DNA of 64,000 nucleotides from an uncultured Bacilli bacterium (GTDB lineage: Bacteria > Bacillota_I > Bacilli_A > RF39 > UBA660), in contig CALVSO010000004.1 of assembly GCA_944359055.1 (NCBI GenBank), positions 508 to 64,507 of the forward strand. The letters are read 5' to 3'. The notes under the pieces are model-generated. The model saw only the letters and a program-made list of their open reading frames with translations, ran no database searches and was not told where the DNA came from. Positions 29,949 to 40,252 of the stretch are shown here, one piece after another. The position numbers were made by a program, and so were the translations under genes. Every line of letters starts with the position of its first letter. The stretch's first letter is position 1.

Positions 29949-30806
29949 CTAAATTAATTTTTCTAAAACTCCATTTTCTAAATCATTAATATTATACATT
30001 GTATCTAACACATTAAATGTTTCTTCTAAATTTTTTCTTGCATTATTCCAACCAATACCATCAGTTATCCAAATAAAAGTTACATCTTTAACTTTTTTAG
30101 ATTCTTGAGCTAACATTTTATAACTTCTTGCAGTCTCACTTAATTTAGAACCACCACCAGTATAAAAATTGGCTTCTATCACATAAACTTGACTATTAGT
30201 TTTAATAACAAAATCAAATCTTTTTGTTGATACATTGTTACCAGACATAGAACTTAAATCAAGATTCCATCTTCTTTCTATATCTTTTAAATACATTTCT
30301 TTAAAATAATTCTTTCCTTTTACAAATCCTGCTTTTACAATATAATTTTCAACTAGATCTTCCATTAAATGGCCGCCACGATTTTTTCTACCATTTGAAT
30401 CTAACCCGACTTCAATTCCTAATACATAATCATGTAAATTATTAATTATATGATTTTGTAGCAAATCAAATAATCCTGATTCTTTCATAAATCTCACATA
30501 ATCAGAAATAGAATAAACCATTTTATCAAATTTAAATAAATATTCATTTATTTCATCTTTAACAAATATTTCATTTGATCTTATTGCTAACAATACAGGA
30601 ATACATTCTAAAGTTTCTGGATATTTAATTAAAATATTTTTAAATTCTTCTTCAATATTTTTACTACCAATTAATGAATTTAAAATATTAAGTTCAATTT
30701 TTATTTTATCAACATTTTTGTATATTTTTTCAAAATCAACATAATAAGTATAATCTGATATACTTGATTTAAATTTACTTAACCATTCATTAAAATTTCT
30801 ATTCAT
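29949..30806 (-). CDS. dpnB: DpnII/MboI-family type II restriction endonuclease (GATC)
   Basis: YYVDFEK, DYVLGIEVGLDSNGRKNRGG, KRFDFV, E.NFY.GGGSKL and WITDG.GW. Confidence 0.9.
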   Translation of the reverse strand: MNRNFNEWLSKFKSSISDYTYYVDFEKIYKNVDKIKIELNILNSLIGSKNIEEEFKNILIKYPETLECIPVLLAIRSNEIFVKDEINEYLFKFDKMVYSISDYVRFMKESGLFDLLQNHIINNLHDYVLGIEVGLDSNGRKNRGGHLMEDLVENYIVKAGFVKGKNYFKEMYLKDIERRWNLDLSSMSGNNVSTKRFDFVIKTNSQVYVIEANFYTGGGSKLSETARSYKMLAQESKKVKDVTFIWITDGIGWNNARKNLEETFNVLDTMYNINDLENGVLEKLI

Positions 30807-31572
30807 TTATATCACTTTCCTTTCTCTTTATAGTCAAATCTAAATACTCTTTTTCTTTTTCAATTCCAATATATTTTCTGTTTAATCTACTAGCAACAAT
30901 ACCAGTAGTACCGCTACCATTAAATGGATCTAAAATTAAATCACCCTCATTAGTTGATGCTAAAATAATTTTTTCTAACAATTCAATTGGCTTCTGTGTT
31001 GGGTGTTTGCCACATTTTTTTTCACTAGGTTTAGTTAAAGAAGTTTCCCAAACATCTTTCATTTGTTTATTATTATTCATTTTTCTCATTAATTCATAAT
31101 TAAATTTATGTTTGTATTTTTTTATATCTTTCTTTGCCCATAATATTGTTTCAGTTGAATGAACAAAAGCTCTACAACTAATATTAGGAGGTGGATTTAA
31201 TTTTCTCCAAGTAATATTATTAATAATTTTAAATCCTTCTTCTTCAAGTGCCATACCTATTGAATATATGTTATGCATAGTTCCACTTATCCAAATAGTC
31301 CCATTGTCTTTTAAAATTTCTTTACATAATCTAATCCATTTTCTATTAAATTTATGCTTTTCCTTAATATTTATCTTTTCATCCCATGCACCTTTTTTAA
31401 CACTTACCATTTTTCCTGCGCTACACGAAATGCCATCACCAGACAAAAAATAAGGAGGATCTGCAAAAATCATATCAATACTTTTAGGTTCAAATTTTTT
31501 TAATACTAATAATGAATCTCCTTGAATAAGTTTAAAATTGTTATTGTCATAATAATATTTTAACTTATTCAT
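30799..31572 (-). CDS. dpnA: DpnA-like beta-class N6-adenine DNA methyltransferase
   Basis: DMIFADPPY, HPTQKP and LDPFNGSGTTG. Middle gene of a dpnM-A-B arrangement. Confidence 0.88.
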   Translation of the reverse strand: MNKLKYYYDNNNFKLIQGDSLLVLKKFEPKSIDMIFADPPYFLSGDGISCSAGKMVSVKKGAWDEKINIKEKHKFNRKWIRLCKEILKDNGTIWISGTMHNIYSIGMALEEEGFKIINNITWRKLNPPPNISCRAFVHSTETILWAKKDIKKYKHKFNYELMRKMNNNKQMKDVWETSLTKPSEKKCGKHPTQKPIELLEKIILASTNEGDLILDPFNGSGTTGIVASRLNRKYIGIEKEKEYLDLTIKRKESDINE

Positions 31573-31592
31573 ACCAATACCTCCTAAATATG

Positions 31593-32453
31593 CTATTCAA
31601 ATCCTGTTTTATTTTCAAAATTAGTAATAATTACTTCTTCTACTTTTCCTCTTTTTTTTCCATTAGCATTAATATTTCTTTTAGCCTCTATAACGTGAAT
31701 ATTATAATCTTTATACAGTTCGTTAACTAAAGCTGTATTATGATTGGATAACATTACATAGCATCCTCTTTTATCCAAATCTTTAAATACTTCTGCAAGT
31801 CTCTTTTGTTCTTCTTTTCCAAATCCATCTTCAGTATAACTATTAAAAGTAGTAGTATCTGAATCATATGGAGGATCAAAGTAAATAAAATCGCCTTTTT
31901 TAGCATCTTTTACAGCTTCTTCAAAATCAACAGATAATAATTTAATGTTGTTGAAATTTAAAAAACCACAAATAATACCTAAATTTTGTCCTTCATAAGT
32001 GTTAACTTTGTTTTTCTTTCCAAATGGAACATTAAATTCATTTTTACTATTTACTCTATATAATCCATTAAAACAAGCCTTATTAAGATAAATTGTTCTA
32101 GCAGCTCTTTTATAATCAACTAACTTATTAAACTTCTTTTTATCTCTATCTAAATTTCTAACTTCATAATAATATTTTTCAGAATGCATAGTTTCATGTT
32201 GATTTAACTCTTTACACATAGATTCAAATTTTTTAGCATCTTTAATGCATTCATAAACATTCATAAGTTCTTTATTATAATCGTTGATAACTGCATTTTT
32301 AGGAGATAATTCAAATAATAAAGCGCCTCCACCAACAAAAGGTTCATAGTAAGTGTTAAATTCATCTGGAACATATTGCTTTAATTTATCTATAATTTGT
32401 CTTTTTCCACCAGCCCACTTTACAAATGGTTTTCCTTTAATCATATCTATCAC
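31593..32453 (-). CDS. dpnM: Dam/DpnM-family GATC adenine methyltransferase
   Basis: KPFVKWAGGKRQ, EPFVGGGA, FNGLYRVN...FNVPFG and YFDPPY. Confidence 0.92.
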   Translation of the reverse strand: MIDMIKGKPFVKWAGGKRQIIDKLKQYVPDEFNTYYEPFVGGGALLFELSPKNAVINDYNKELMNVYECIKDAKKFESMCKELNQHETMHSEKYYYEVRNLDRDKKKFNKLVDYKRAARTIYLNKACFNGLYRVNSKNEFNVPFGKKNKVNTYEGQNLGIICGFLNFNNIKLLSVDFEEAVKDAKKGDFIYFDPPYDSDTTTFNSYTEDGFGKEEQKRLAEVFKDLDKRGCYVMLSNHNTALVNELYKDYNIHVIEAKRNINANGKKRGKVEEVIITNFENKTGFE

Positions 32454-32490
32454 CTCATATAATCATAAATAACAATAAATATTATATCAC

Positions 32491-32525
32491 ATTAAAAGAC
32501 ATTCTACAGCAAAATGTCTTTTAAT
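32491..32525 (-). terminator. Terminator after dnaB-dnaI-fic
   Basis: ATTAAAAGACATT...AATGTCTTTTAAT. Confidence 0.65.
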
Positions 32526-32535
32526 ATTAATAAAA

Positions 32536-33279
32536 TTAGTTTATTTCAAAATCTAATAATTCATTACAAACATTCTCATACAAATCTTGTTCATGTTTTA
32601 TTGTATCAATCAAAAACATTTTATCATTATTATATTCTTTTAATCCTTTCATATAATAAGCTTTATCATCATCTAAAATAATAAATGGCATAATATTATT
32701 TTTTAAACATTCTTTAAACATAACTATTCTACCAACTCTACCATTTCCATCACCAAATGGATGAATACATTCAAATTTGTAATGAAAATCAATTATATCT
32801 TCTAAAGTAATATTTTTTTTACTATTATAGTTATTAAGTAAAGAATCAATTTCTTCTTCTACATTTTCAGAATTAGTTGTATTTATTATATTTATAGCAC
32901 CTATTATATTAGGTACTATTTTAAATCCACCAACATTATATCTTGGATTATCTTCATCACTGGTATTTCTTTTTAATATTTTATTCATCTCAATAATCAT
33001 TTCTTTAGTTAAATTATTATCTACATTATCCAACATATAATCAAATAATTTAAAATGATTTTTAGATTCTATCAAATCATCTAGCTTAATTAATTCATCA
33101 TTTTTTGATATAAAAGAAACGGTATCAAATATCGCTTCTGTTTGATCACTGGTTAGTCTACTACCTTCAATTTTATTTGAATTATAAGAAAAATTAACCT
33201 GTGAATAATGATATATATTTCCCTTAAATTTAGATTGTTTTTGATTTAGTAATTCTTTTTTGATTTTTTTTACATCCAT
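32536..33279 (-). CDS. Class II Fic protein (canonical motif)
   Basis: HPFGDGNGRVGR, with inhibitory SNKIEG. Confidence 0.9.
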   Translation of the reverse strand: MDVKKIKKELLNQKQSKFKGNIYHYSQVNFSYNSNKIEGSRLTSDQTEAIFDTVSFISKNDELIKLDDLIESKNHFKLFDYMLDNVDNNLTKEMIIEMNKILKRNTSDEDNPRYNVGGFKIVPNIIGAINIINTTNSENVEEEIDSLLNNYNSKKNITLEDIIDFHYKFECIHPFGDGNGRVGRIVMFKECLKNNIMPFIILDDDKAYYMKGLKEYNNDKMFLIDTIKHEQDLYENVCNELLDFEIN

Positions 33280-33280
33280 A

Positions 33281-34171
33281 TTATCCCCTCATATTTTTAC
33301 TGATCATTTCTATTTCATCAGTTAAATATTTAATTCTTTCAATTATTCTTTTAGCTTTAATTAATTCTACTCCATCTTTAGTTTGTGATAAGTGTTGTTC
33401 TAAAGAGTCAATTGGTAAATTAGATGTTATAAAAGTAGCTAAATTATTATCCATGCGATGTTGTAATATAGGACATAATATTTCATCTCTTGACCAAGGT
33501 GTAGCTGTTTCTGCTCCTAAATCATCAATTAATAATAAAGGTACATTTTTAACATATTCTATTTTTTCTTCATAATCAGTTTCAAATGATGATTTTAAAT
33601 CTCTTAAAAATTCTGGCCAAAATACAACTGCACTTTTAATATTTTTTTTAGCTAATTCATTAAAAGTAGCTACTACTAAAAATGTTTTACCACAGCCAAA
33701 ATTACCTGTTAAATATAATCCTTTATTAGTTGGATTATTAATAAAATTATTTAACCAAATAATTGTTTCTTTTCTACTAACTAATCTTTTATCTACTTTA
33801 TCCCATGTTGCATCTAAATAACTTTTAGGTAAATTATAATATTTTACATTTTTAGAATAAGCATATTTTTTATCATTATTTAATTTATATTTGCAAGGTT
33901 TAAAATGAAATGTTATATTTTTACCGACTACTTTAGGTAAATAAACATATCCTATTAATTGATTTTGACATTCTTTTAATCCCTTACAATTTAAACAGTT
34001 ATTATATTCACAACTACACTCTTCTAAAGTTGATGTATATTTCATTAATATATTATCATCAGATTTTAATTTACTAATAAAATCTTTAAATTCTTTATTT
34101 TTTAATGCCTCATTATATGATTTTTTTAAATCATCCATATCACATTTTATATTATCACTTAATCTTATCAT
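33281..34171 (-). CDS. dnaI: Primosomal helicase loader DnaI
   Basis: N-terminal Cys zinc motif, GLYLTGNFGCGKT, LLIDDLGAE...WSRDE and FITSN. Follows dnaB. Confidence 0.9.
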   Translation of the reverse strand: MIRLSDNIKCDMDDLKKSYNEALKNKEFKDFISKLKSDDNILMKYTSTLEECSCEYNNCLNCKGLKECQNQLIGYVYLPKVVGKNITFHFKPCKYKLNNDKKYAYSKNVKYYNLPKSYLDATWDKVDKRLVSRKETIIWLNNFINNPTNKGLYLTGNFGCGKTFLVVATFNELAKKNIKSAVVFWPEFLRDLKSSFETDYEEKIEYVKNVPLLLIDDLGAETATPWSRDEILCPILQHRMDNNLATFITSNLPIDSLEQHLSQTKDGVELIKAKRIIERIKYLTDEIEMISKNMRG

Positions 34172-35457
34172 CTACCCAACTCACTTTCAAATTGTTTTAA
34201 TTCTTCATCAGATAACATTTCTTCTTGTACATCTTGATTAACCCAATTAGGAATTTTTTCTTTTTTAGGAATTTTAACTTTTTTAGTATTCTTTTGATCA
34301 TATTCTTTTAAAGCAAAATCCATAGCATCAGATACTGTTTCTATTTTACTTCTTTTCCACTGAACAGCTATTTGTTCAACAAATCCTCTTACCAACTTAT
34401 TATTATTTATTTTTAAAACGTAGTCAATTAAAACATTTATTACACCTGGTTTTAGTTTTTGTTCAATCATTAAATATTCAATTATTTCCATATCTTTTAT
34501 TGTTGGTTTAGAATCTTGTTTTAAAGCTAAAAATTCATAAGGATTAGTTGTTTCAAATTGATTGATTAATTTATCTTTTCTTGTATTAATTTCTTTAAAA
34601 GAAGATACATCATCTTGAAATACTATTTTAGGTATTTGACCTTTATGCTCAAATTTATAAAAACTACGACAGTTTTGTTTTAAAACTTCCATATCTATTT
34701 TTCGATCTACAATACTATTTCTTAATATTTCACTCATTTCATCATTACCTAAATTATAAATAAATGATAACTGATAAATTAATTCTTTATCAGATTTAGA
34801 AATACTTCTTACATTAAGCATTTCTTCTGGAATTAAACTTAATAGCTCATTAAAATTAATTGTTGGTTCAAAAGATAAATCTAAATGATTTACTTTTTTA
34901 ATATTTTTAGTTTCTATTTTATCAGTACTAACAAAACTAAAAACATCCTTAAAATTACAAGAAACATTTTTATAATCTTTTAAATCTATTTTAGGTAGTG
35001 TAAATGAATCAATTATTCTTTTATATTCTTTTTTATTAATGTTATTATATAATGCAGTATTTAAAATTGGATTATTAATAAATTCATAAGCAGACAAAGG
35101 TCCATATAACTCATAAACATAATTATTAACATCACCTTTTTTTAAATATGTTTTAATTAAACCAATAGCTTCTAATTTATCTTTAGCTTCTTTAATATCT
35201 TCTAATTTTAATTGCATACTCATAACTAAATCATTATGGGTATTACTAGTAGAAGTTACTTTATTTTTATCTAAAAAACTCCATAAAGTTAGATACAAAC
35301 TAACAGCAATACCACCTATAATTGGTTGATATAAAAGGGTTAGAGTTAAACGATCTTGGTCATCTAAGATAGTTTTATTAATAACATAAAAATTATCTAA
35401 AGGTAATAATGAATTAACCATATCATCAACTCCATTTCTTAAGATATATAATAACAC
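34168..35457 (-). CDS. dnaB: Replication initiation/membrane attachment protein DnaB (Firmicutes type); likely start 35421
   Basis: LTLLYQPIIG..A.SLY, KLEAIGLIKTY and GVINVLIDYVL, plus a DnaD/B C-terminal W motif. Confidence 0.88.
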   Translation of the reverse strand: MLLYILRNGVDDMVNSLLPLDNFYVINKTILDDQDRLTLTLLYQPIIGGIAVSLYLTLWSFLDKNKVTSTSNTHNDLVMSMQLKLEDIKEAKDKLEAIGLIKTYLKKGDVNNYVYELYGPLSAYEFINNPILNTALYNNINKKEYKRIIDSFTLPKIDLKDYKNVSCNFKDVFSFVSTDKIETKNIKKVNHLDLSFEPTINFNELLSLIPEEMLNVRSISKSDKELIYQLSFIYNLGNDEMSEILRNSIVDRKIDMEVLKQNCRSFYKFEHKGQIPKIVFQDDVSSFKEINTRKDKLINQFETTNPYEFLALKQDSKPTIKDMEIIEYLMIEQKLKPGVINVLIDYVLKINNNKLVRGFVEQIAVQWKRSKIETVSDAMDFALKEYDQKNTKKVKIPKKEKIPNWVNQDVQEEMLSDEELKQFESELGR

Positions 35458-35479
35458 ATTTTCTAAATAAAAAAAAGAA

Positions 35480-35689
35480 TTATTTCATTCTTTCTTTAAA
35501 ATCATCATAAAATAATTTATCAGGTTTTGTCTTTAAAATATCAGCTATTTTAATCGCCATTTTATAAGACAATGTTCTTCTATCATTTTCTAGTTGTGAA
35601 TAAAATGGTTTGCTTATTTGTAATTGTTCTGCCATATATTTAGTTGTGTAACCTTTTTTCAATCTAGCTTGTCTTAATTTAAAATTCAT
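35480..35689 (-). CDS. Cro-like XRE helix-turn-helix protein
   Basis: LRQARLKKGYT...MAEQLQISKPFYSQLEND.R. Confidence 0.85.
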   Translation of the reverse strand: MNFKLRQARLKKGYTTKYMAEQLQISKPFYSQLENDRRTLSYKMAIKIADILKTKPDKLFYDDFKERMK

Positions 35690-35722
35690 ACTCCAACTCC
35701 TTGTTATTTAATTATATCATAA

Positions 35723-35741
35723 AGTGCACTAATAGTGTACT
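35723..35741. promoter_or_regulatory. Putative operator (9-1-9 inverted repeat) between divergent HTH genes
   Basis: AGTGCACTA-A-TAGTGTACT with one mismatch. GC-richer than its surroundings. Confidence 0.55.
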
Positions 35742-35800
35742 GCAAAATATTAAATTTTATGAGAAAATATAATTGGTAATTTTTTCCAAGAGGTGATTAA

Positions 35801-36031
35801 ATGTCAAATGATTATACTACTTTAGTAAAAAATATAAAATATTTTAGATTAAAAGCTAATATGACACAAGAACAATTAGCCGAGAAATCTGATTTAAGTG
35901 TTTCTTATATAAAACAAATTGAAGCTGGGAAAGAATTTAAAAACATCACATTTAATACTTTTAGTAAAATTGCTAAAGCATTAAATATTGATGTTAAAGA
36001 ATTATTTAATGAAATAGAAGTATTAAATTAA
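35801..36031 (+). CDS. XRE helix-turn-helix regulator
   Basis: IKYFR...MTQEQLAEKSDLSVSYIKQIEAG. Confidence 0.85.
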   Translation: MSNDYTTLVKNIKYFRLKANMTQEQLAEKSDLSVSYIKQIEAGKEFKNITFNTFSKIAKALNIDVKELFNEIEVLN

Positions 36032-36322
36032 TTCTAATAATTTGTTTTTTAAATCATCATCTAAATTATTGATGATTTTTTTTATTTTTTTATTCTTTTC
36101 ATATAATTTTAATACTTTTTCATAATATAATAATTTTTCTTCAGTTTCTTTTAAATTTTTATGAATAGCATTTCTACTAATATCATAATTTTCACTCATT
36201 TCGCTTAATGATAAGTTTTCAAAATAATAATCTATAAAATATTTCTTTTGTTTATCAGTTAATAATTCCCCATAATAATCATATAAAATACATAATAATA
36301 CTTGATTTTCCATTTTAACCAA
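36023..36322 (-). CDS. ylxM: YlxM SRP-associated protein
   Basis: LYDYYGELLTDKQ...Y.ENLSLSE..E...ISRNAI...L..YE..L. Near ftsY. Confidence 0.9.
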   Translation of the reverse strand: MVKMENQVLLCILYDYYGELLTDKQKKYFIDYYFENLSLSEMSENYDISRNAIHKNLKETEEKLLYYEKVLKLYEKNKKIKKIINNLDDDLKNKLLELI

Positions 36323-36590
36323 ATAAAGCTGCTGATATTATCACAATACCTAAACCAATATAAATTGGAGTCATATATTTTCTTTTATAAATTTTATGAT
36401 TATTATATCCAATTACAAACATTAATAATCCTATTAGTATTTGACATATTATAAATAATTCCTTTTCAAAAAGACTAGCTATACCAAATGAGATTAAAAA
36501 AATTGCTAAAGATATTTGTAATAAAAGTGTAATTTGTTCAACTGTATTTATTTCTAATTTATTTTTCATCATTACCTCCAAATAATCCAT
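36315..36590 (-). CDS. Small 3-TM hypothetical membrane protein (likely start near 36572)
   Basis: Hydrophobic ORF between ftsY and ylxM with RBS GGAGG. Confidence 0.65.
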   Translation of the reverse strand: MDYLEVMMKNKLEINTVEQITLLLQISLAIFLISFGIASLFEKELFIICQILIGLLMFVIGYNNHKIYKRKYMTPIYIGLGIVIISAALFG

Positions 36591-37539
36591 AAATATATTT
36601 TTCTATATCAAAGACTCTTAAATCTTCCTCTTTTTCACCTAAACCAATAAATTTAACAGGTATACCAACATTTTCTTTTATAGCAAGTACAATACCACCT
36701 TTAGCAGTTCCATCTAGTTTAGTTAATACAATACCAGTTATATTAGTTATTTCTTTGAAATTTTTAGCTTGACTAATACCATTTTGTCCAGTTGTAGCAT
36801 CAATTACTAATAATGTTTCATGAGGTGCATTTAGTATCAATTTACCAATTACTTTATTTATTTTATCTAATTCATTCATTAAATTAACTTTATTTTGAAG
36901 TCTTCCTGCTGTATCAATTAAAACAACATCATAATTTTCTTTTTTAGCTTTTTCTAATCCATCATATATAACACTAGATGCATCTTTATTATCACTATAA
37001 ACAACATCACAATCAGTTTTTTTACCCCATTCGATTATTTGTTCAACAGCACCTGCTCTAAAAGTATCACCAGCTACTAATAATACTTTTTTACCTTGAT
37101 TTTTTAATTTGTAAGCAATTTTACCTATACTAGTAGTTTTACCTACTCCATTAACCCCAACAAATAATATAACTGTTGGTCCATCTTCTACATAATTAAT
37201 TTTATTTACAATAATGTCATTATTAACATATATAATAAACATTTCATCTATTATAATATTCATTAAATCTTTAGAATCAACAATATTTTCTTTTTTAACT
37301 CTTTTCTTTAATTTATCAATAAATTTCATGACTGTTTCAACACCAATATCAGCCATAATAAATATTTCTTCTAATTCTTCAAAATACTCTTCATTAACTT
37401 TTTTATATTTATTACTTAATAAATTAATTTTATTTACAAATTCTTTACTTGTCTTTTGTAAACCTTCAGAATAAGCATCAGCTTCTTTTTTATTACTAAA
37501 TATATTTTTAAATTTGTCAAATAATCCCACATGTATCAC
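36559..37539 (-). CDS. ftsY: SRP receptor FtsY
   Basis: GVNGVGKTT, DTFRAGA, DTAGRLQ, DATTGQN and TKLDGTAKGG. Confidence 0.97.
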   Translation of the reverse strand: MIHVGLFDKFKNIFSNKKEADAYSEGLQKTSKEFVNKINLLSNKYKKVNEEYFEELEEIFIMADIGVETVMKFIDKLKKRVKKENIVDSKDLMNIIIDEMFIIYVNNDIIVNKINYVEDGPTVILFVGVNGVGKTTSIGKIAYKLKNQGKKVLLVAGDTFRAGAVEQIIEWGKKTDCDVVYSDNKDASSVIYDGLEKAKKENYDVVLIDTAGRLQNKVNLMNELDKINKVIGKLILNAPHETLLVIDATTGQNGISQAKNFKEITNITGIVLTKLDGTAKGGIVLAIKENVGIPVKFIGLGEKEEDLRVFDIEKYIYGLFGGNDEK

Positions 37540-37610
37540 CTACATAAATTATAGCAAAAAAAAATACTTATGTCTAACCTTTTATTGATTAAATACATAA
37601 GTTTACTTTT

Positions 37611-38327
37611 TTAAACATTTGCTACATTATGATATACATTTGAAACATCTTCAACATCATCTAACATAGCTAATAATTTTTTAAATAAATCTAAATCTTC
37701 CCCAGTTAATTCTACTTTTTCTTTAGCTAACATAGTTATTTCATCCATATCAAAAGTAACATTAGGTAATGCTTTAGTAATACTTTCTTTTATCTTAAAT
37801 AAATCTTGTGGATCACCATAAATTACAATACCATCATCTTCTTCAATATCTTTAACATCAACGTCATTTTCAATTAAAGTATTAATAGTATCATCCATGC
37901 TTAATCCTTTAAAACTTACAATACATAGATTATCATAATTATAAGATACACTACCAATATTACCCATTTTAATATGACATTTATTAACTACTGCTCTTAA
38001 TTCACTAACACTTCTATTTACATTATCTGTTAAACATTCAACTATTAAAGTAGAACCTGCAGGGCCAAATAATTCATAAGTATTTTTAATATAAGTTTCA
38101 TCAACTCCACTATTTACTTTATCAATAGCTCTTTTAATAATATCTGATGGTACTTGTTCTTTTTTAGCTCTTTCTACTAATCTTTTTAAAGATGCATTAG
38201 CTTCTAAACTAGTTCCACCATTTTTTGCAGCTTGATATATTTCTTTTGCGTACATACTATAAATTTTACCTCTAGCTGCTCCAGTTTTTTGTATACTTGC
38301 TTTTCTTACTTCATAAGCTCTTCCCAT
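37611..38327 (-). CDS. yebC: YebC/PmpR family protein
   Basis: MGRA...K...A.R.K, YE.FGP.G..LIVECLTDNVNR and DDV.DV.NVYHN. Confidence 0.93.
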   Translation of the reverse strand: MGRAYEVRKASIQKTGAARGKIYSMYAKEIYQAAKNGGTSLEANASLKRLVERAKKEQVPSDIIKRAIDKVNSGVDETYIKNTYELFGPAGSTLIVECLTDNVNRSVSELRAVVNKCHIKMGNIGSVSYNYDNLCIVSFKGLSMDDTINTLIENDVDVKDIEEDDGIVIYGDPQDLFKIKESITKALPNVTFDMDEITMLAKEKVELTGEDLDLFKKLLAMLDDVEDVSNVYHNVANV

Positions 38328-38380
38328 TTCAAATCACCTCTATATATTTTACATTTATTTTTCTATTTTATCAACCATTT

Positions 38381-39043
38381 TTAACCATTTTGTGCTTTTT
38401 TTAATGCATCATGAGCTGCTTGTTGTTCTGCTTCTTTCTTACTATGAGCTATACCTTCACCATAAATAATATCGTCTATTTTAACTATAACTTTAAATGT
38501 TTTATTATGAGCAGGGCCAAATTCATCTACTACTACATATTCTAAAGATCTTTTATCTGTTTGTACTAATTCTTGTAATACTGATTTATAATCATTATCA
38601 AATTCTATTTCTTTATTTTCAATTAAAGGAATAACATTATTATAAATAAATTCTTTAACAATATCAAATCCTAAATCTAAATACATTGCCCCAATAAAAG
38701 CTTCAAATATATCAGCAACAATAGCTTTTCTATATCTTCCACCATTTTCTTCTTCACCATGACCTAATCTTAAATATTTATTTAAATTTAATCTTGTAGC
38801 GTATGCATAATTCGCATCTTCACATACATACTTAGCTCGTAATTTAGTCATTACTCCTTCTTCAAAAGAAGTGTTTTTATATAGATATTCACTCATAACC
38901 AATTCCATAACCGCATCGCCTAAATATTCTAATCTTTCATAGCTTTCTTCTTTATTTTCATTCGCATATGAAGTGTGTGTTAAAGCGGTTAAATAAAGTT
39001 TTTCGTTTTTATATTTTATTTTTAACTCATCTAATAATTTCAT
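38381..39043 (-). CDS. rnc: Ribonuclease III
   Basis: ALTHTSY, ERLEYLGDAV and ADIFEAFIGA, plus a dsRBD (YKSVLQE...SKKEAEQQAA). Confidence 0.97.
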   Translation of the reverse strand: MKLLDELKIKYKNEKLYLTALTHTSYANENKEESYERLEYLGDAVMELVMSEYLYKNTSFEEGVMTKLRAKYVCEDANYAYATRLNLNKYLRLGHGEEENGGRYRKAIVADIFEAFIGAMYLDLGFDIVKEFIYNNVIPLIENKEIEFDNDYKSVLQELVQTDKRSLEYVVVDEFGPAHNKTFKVIVKIDDIIYGEGIAHSKKEAEQQAAHDALKKAQNG

Positions 39044-39108
39044 AAAATCACCAAATCCATTATACTATAAAATTATCTAAAAATAAAATTTACTTTTTAA
39101 AAAAATTA

Positions 39109-39345
39109 ATGTATAATTATCTTATGAAATATTTTTTATTAGGATTTATCAAAACATATCAGATGATACCTGGTCCATGGCATAATATGTGTAGGCATAC
39201 ACCTACTTGTTCAAATTATGGTATTGAAGCAATAATTAAACATGGATCTTTAAAAGGTAGTATATTGACTATTAAAAGAATAATAAGGTGTAATCCGTTT
39301 GGTAGTTGTGGTTATGATCCTGTACCAGAGAGGAGAAAAAAATGA
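39109..39345 (+). CDS. yidD: Membrane protein insertion efficiency factor YidD
   Basis: [18 protein letters not shown]...RIIRCNPF...GYDPVP. Confidence 0.92.
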   Translation: MYNYLMKYFLLGFIKTYQMIPGPWHNMCRHTPTCSNYGIEAIIKHGSLKGSILTIKRIIRCNPFGSCGYDPVPERRKK

Positions 39346-40235
39346 AAAAAATTATTTTATTACTATTAAGTATTTTATGTTTAACAGGATGTTTTAAAAG
39401 AGATACTATGGAAGGAATTAATATATATACAACAATATACCCTATCACATATGTAACAGAACAATTATATGGAAATTATTCTAATATCAATAGTATATAT
39501 CCAAATGGTGTTAATGTTCAATTAGAAGATTGTGAAAATTGTAGTAATTATACTCTAACAGAAAAACAATTAAGTGATTATAGTAAATCAAATTTATTTA
39601 TATTTAATTCATTATTATATGAAGGAAATTATGTTAAGCCAATGTTTGAACAAAATAAAGATTTAAAAATCATAAATGCAACTGATAATTTGACAGCAGA
39701 TGAATTTTATGGATTAGAAGAAATTTGGATGGATCCATCTAGACTACTAACACTAGCTAGAAATATTAAAAATGGACTTAATGAATATATAAATAATTAT
39801 TATTTAAAGCAAGAAATTGAAAATAATTTTAACACATTAAAAAATAACCTTGATAAATTAAGTTCAAAATTATATGATTTAACTAAAAATGCTGATAATA
39901 AAATATTAGTAGTAGGAAATGATGTATTTAAATTCTTTGAAAGAGAAAAATTTGGATTAACAGTTTATTCTTTAGAAGAAAATGAAAACTTAAATCAAAA
40001 AACTATAAATGATGTTAAAAAATTAATAGAAAACGGTACAATTAAATATATTTATATTAGACAATATGATGAGCCAAACGAAACAATTAATAATTTGATT
40101 AAAGGAACTGATGTTGAAGTTGTAAAACTTCACATGTTGACTAATTTAACTGAAACTGAAATTAGTAATAAAAAAGACTATTTTACAATAATGAATGAAA
40201 ACATTGAATTATTAAGAAAAAATTTATATAATTAA
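39342..40235 (+). CDS. Lipoprotein, ZnuA/TroA-like solute-binding fold with atypical ligands
   Basis: Lipobox [16 protein letters not shown] and DY..IM.EN...L. The usual His ligands are missing. Confidence 0.7.
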   Translation: MKKIILLLLSILCLTGCFKRDTMEGINIYTTIYPITYVTEQLYGNYSNINSIYPNGVNVQLEDCENCSNYTLTEKQLSDYSKSNLFIFNSLLYEGNYVKPMFEQNKDLKIINATDNLTADEFYGLEEIWMDPSRLLTLARNIKNGLNEYINNYYLKQEIENNFNTLKNNLDKLSSKLYDLTKNADNKILVVGNDVFKFFEREKFGLTVYSLEENENLNQKTINDVKKLIENGTIKYIYIRQYDEPNETINNLIKGTDVEVVKLHMLTNLTETEISNKKDYFTIMNENIELLRKNLYN

Positions 40236-40252
40236 TTAAGGAGGTTTTATTT

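Noticed and set aside
13029-36031. Prophage inferred from the BRO and XRE genes
   Set aside because: No structural, terminase or integrase genes, and these genes are isolated among housekeeping loci.
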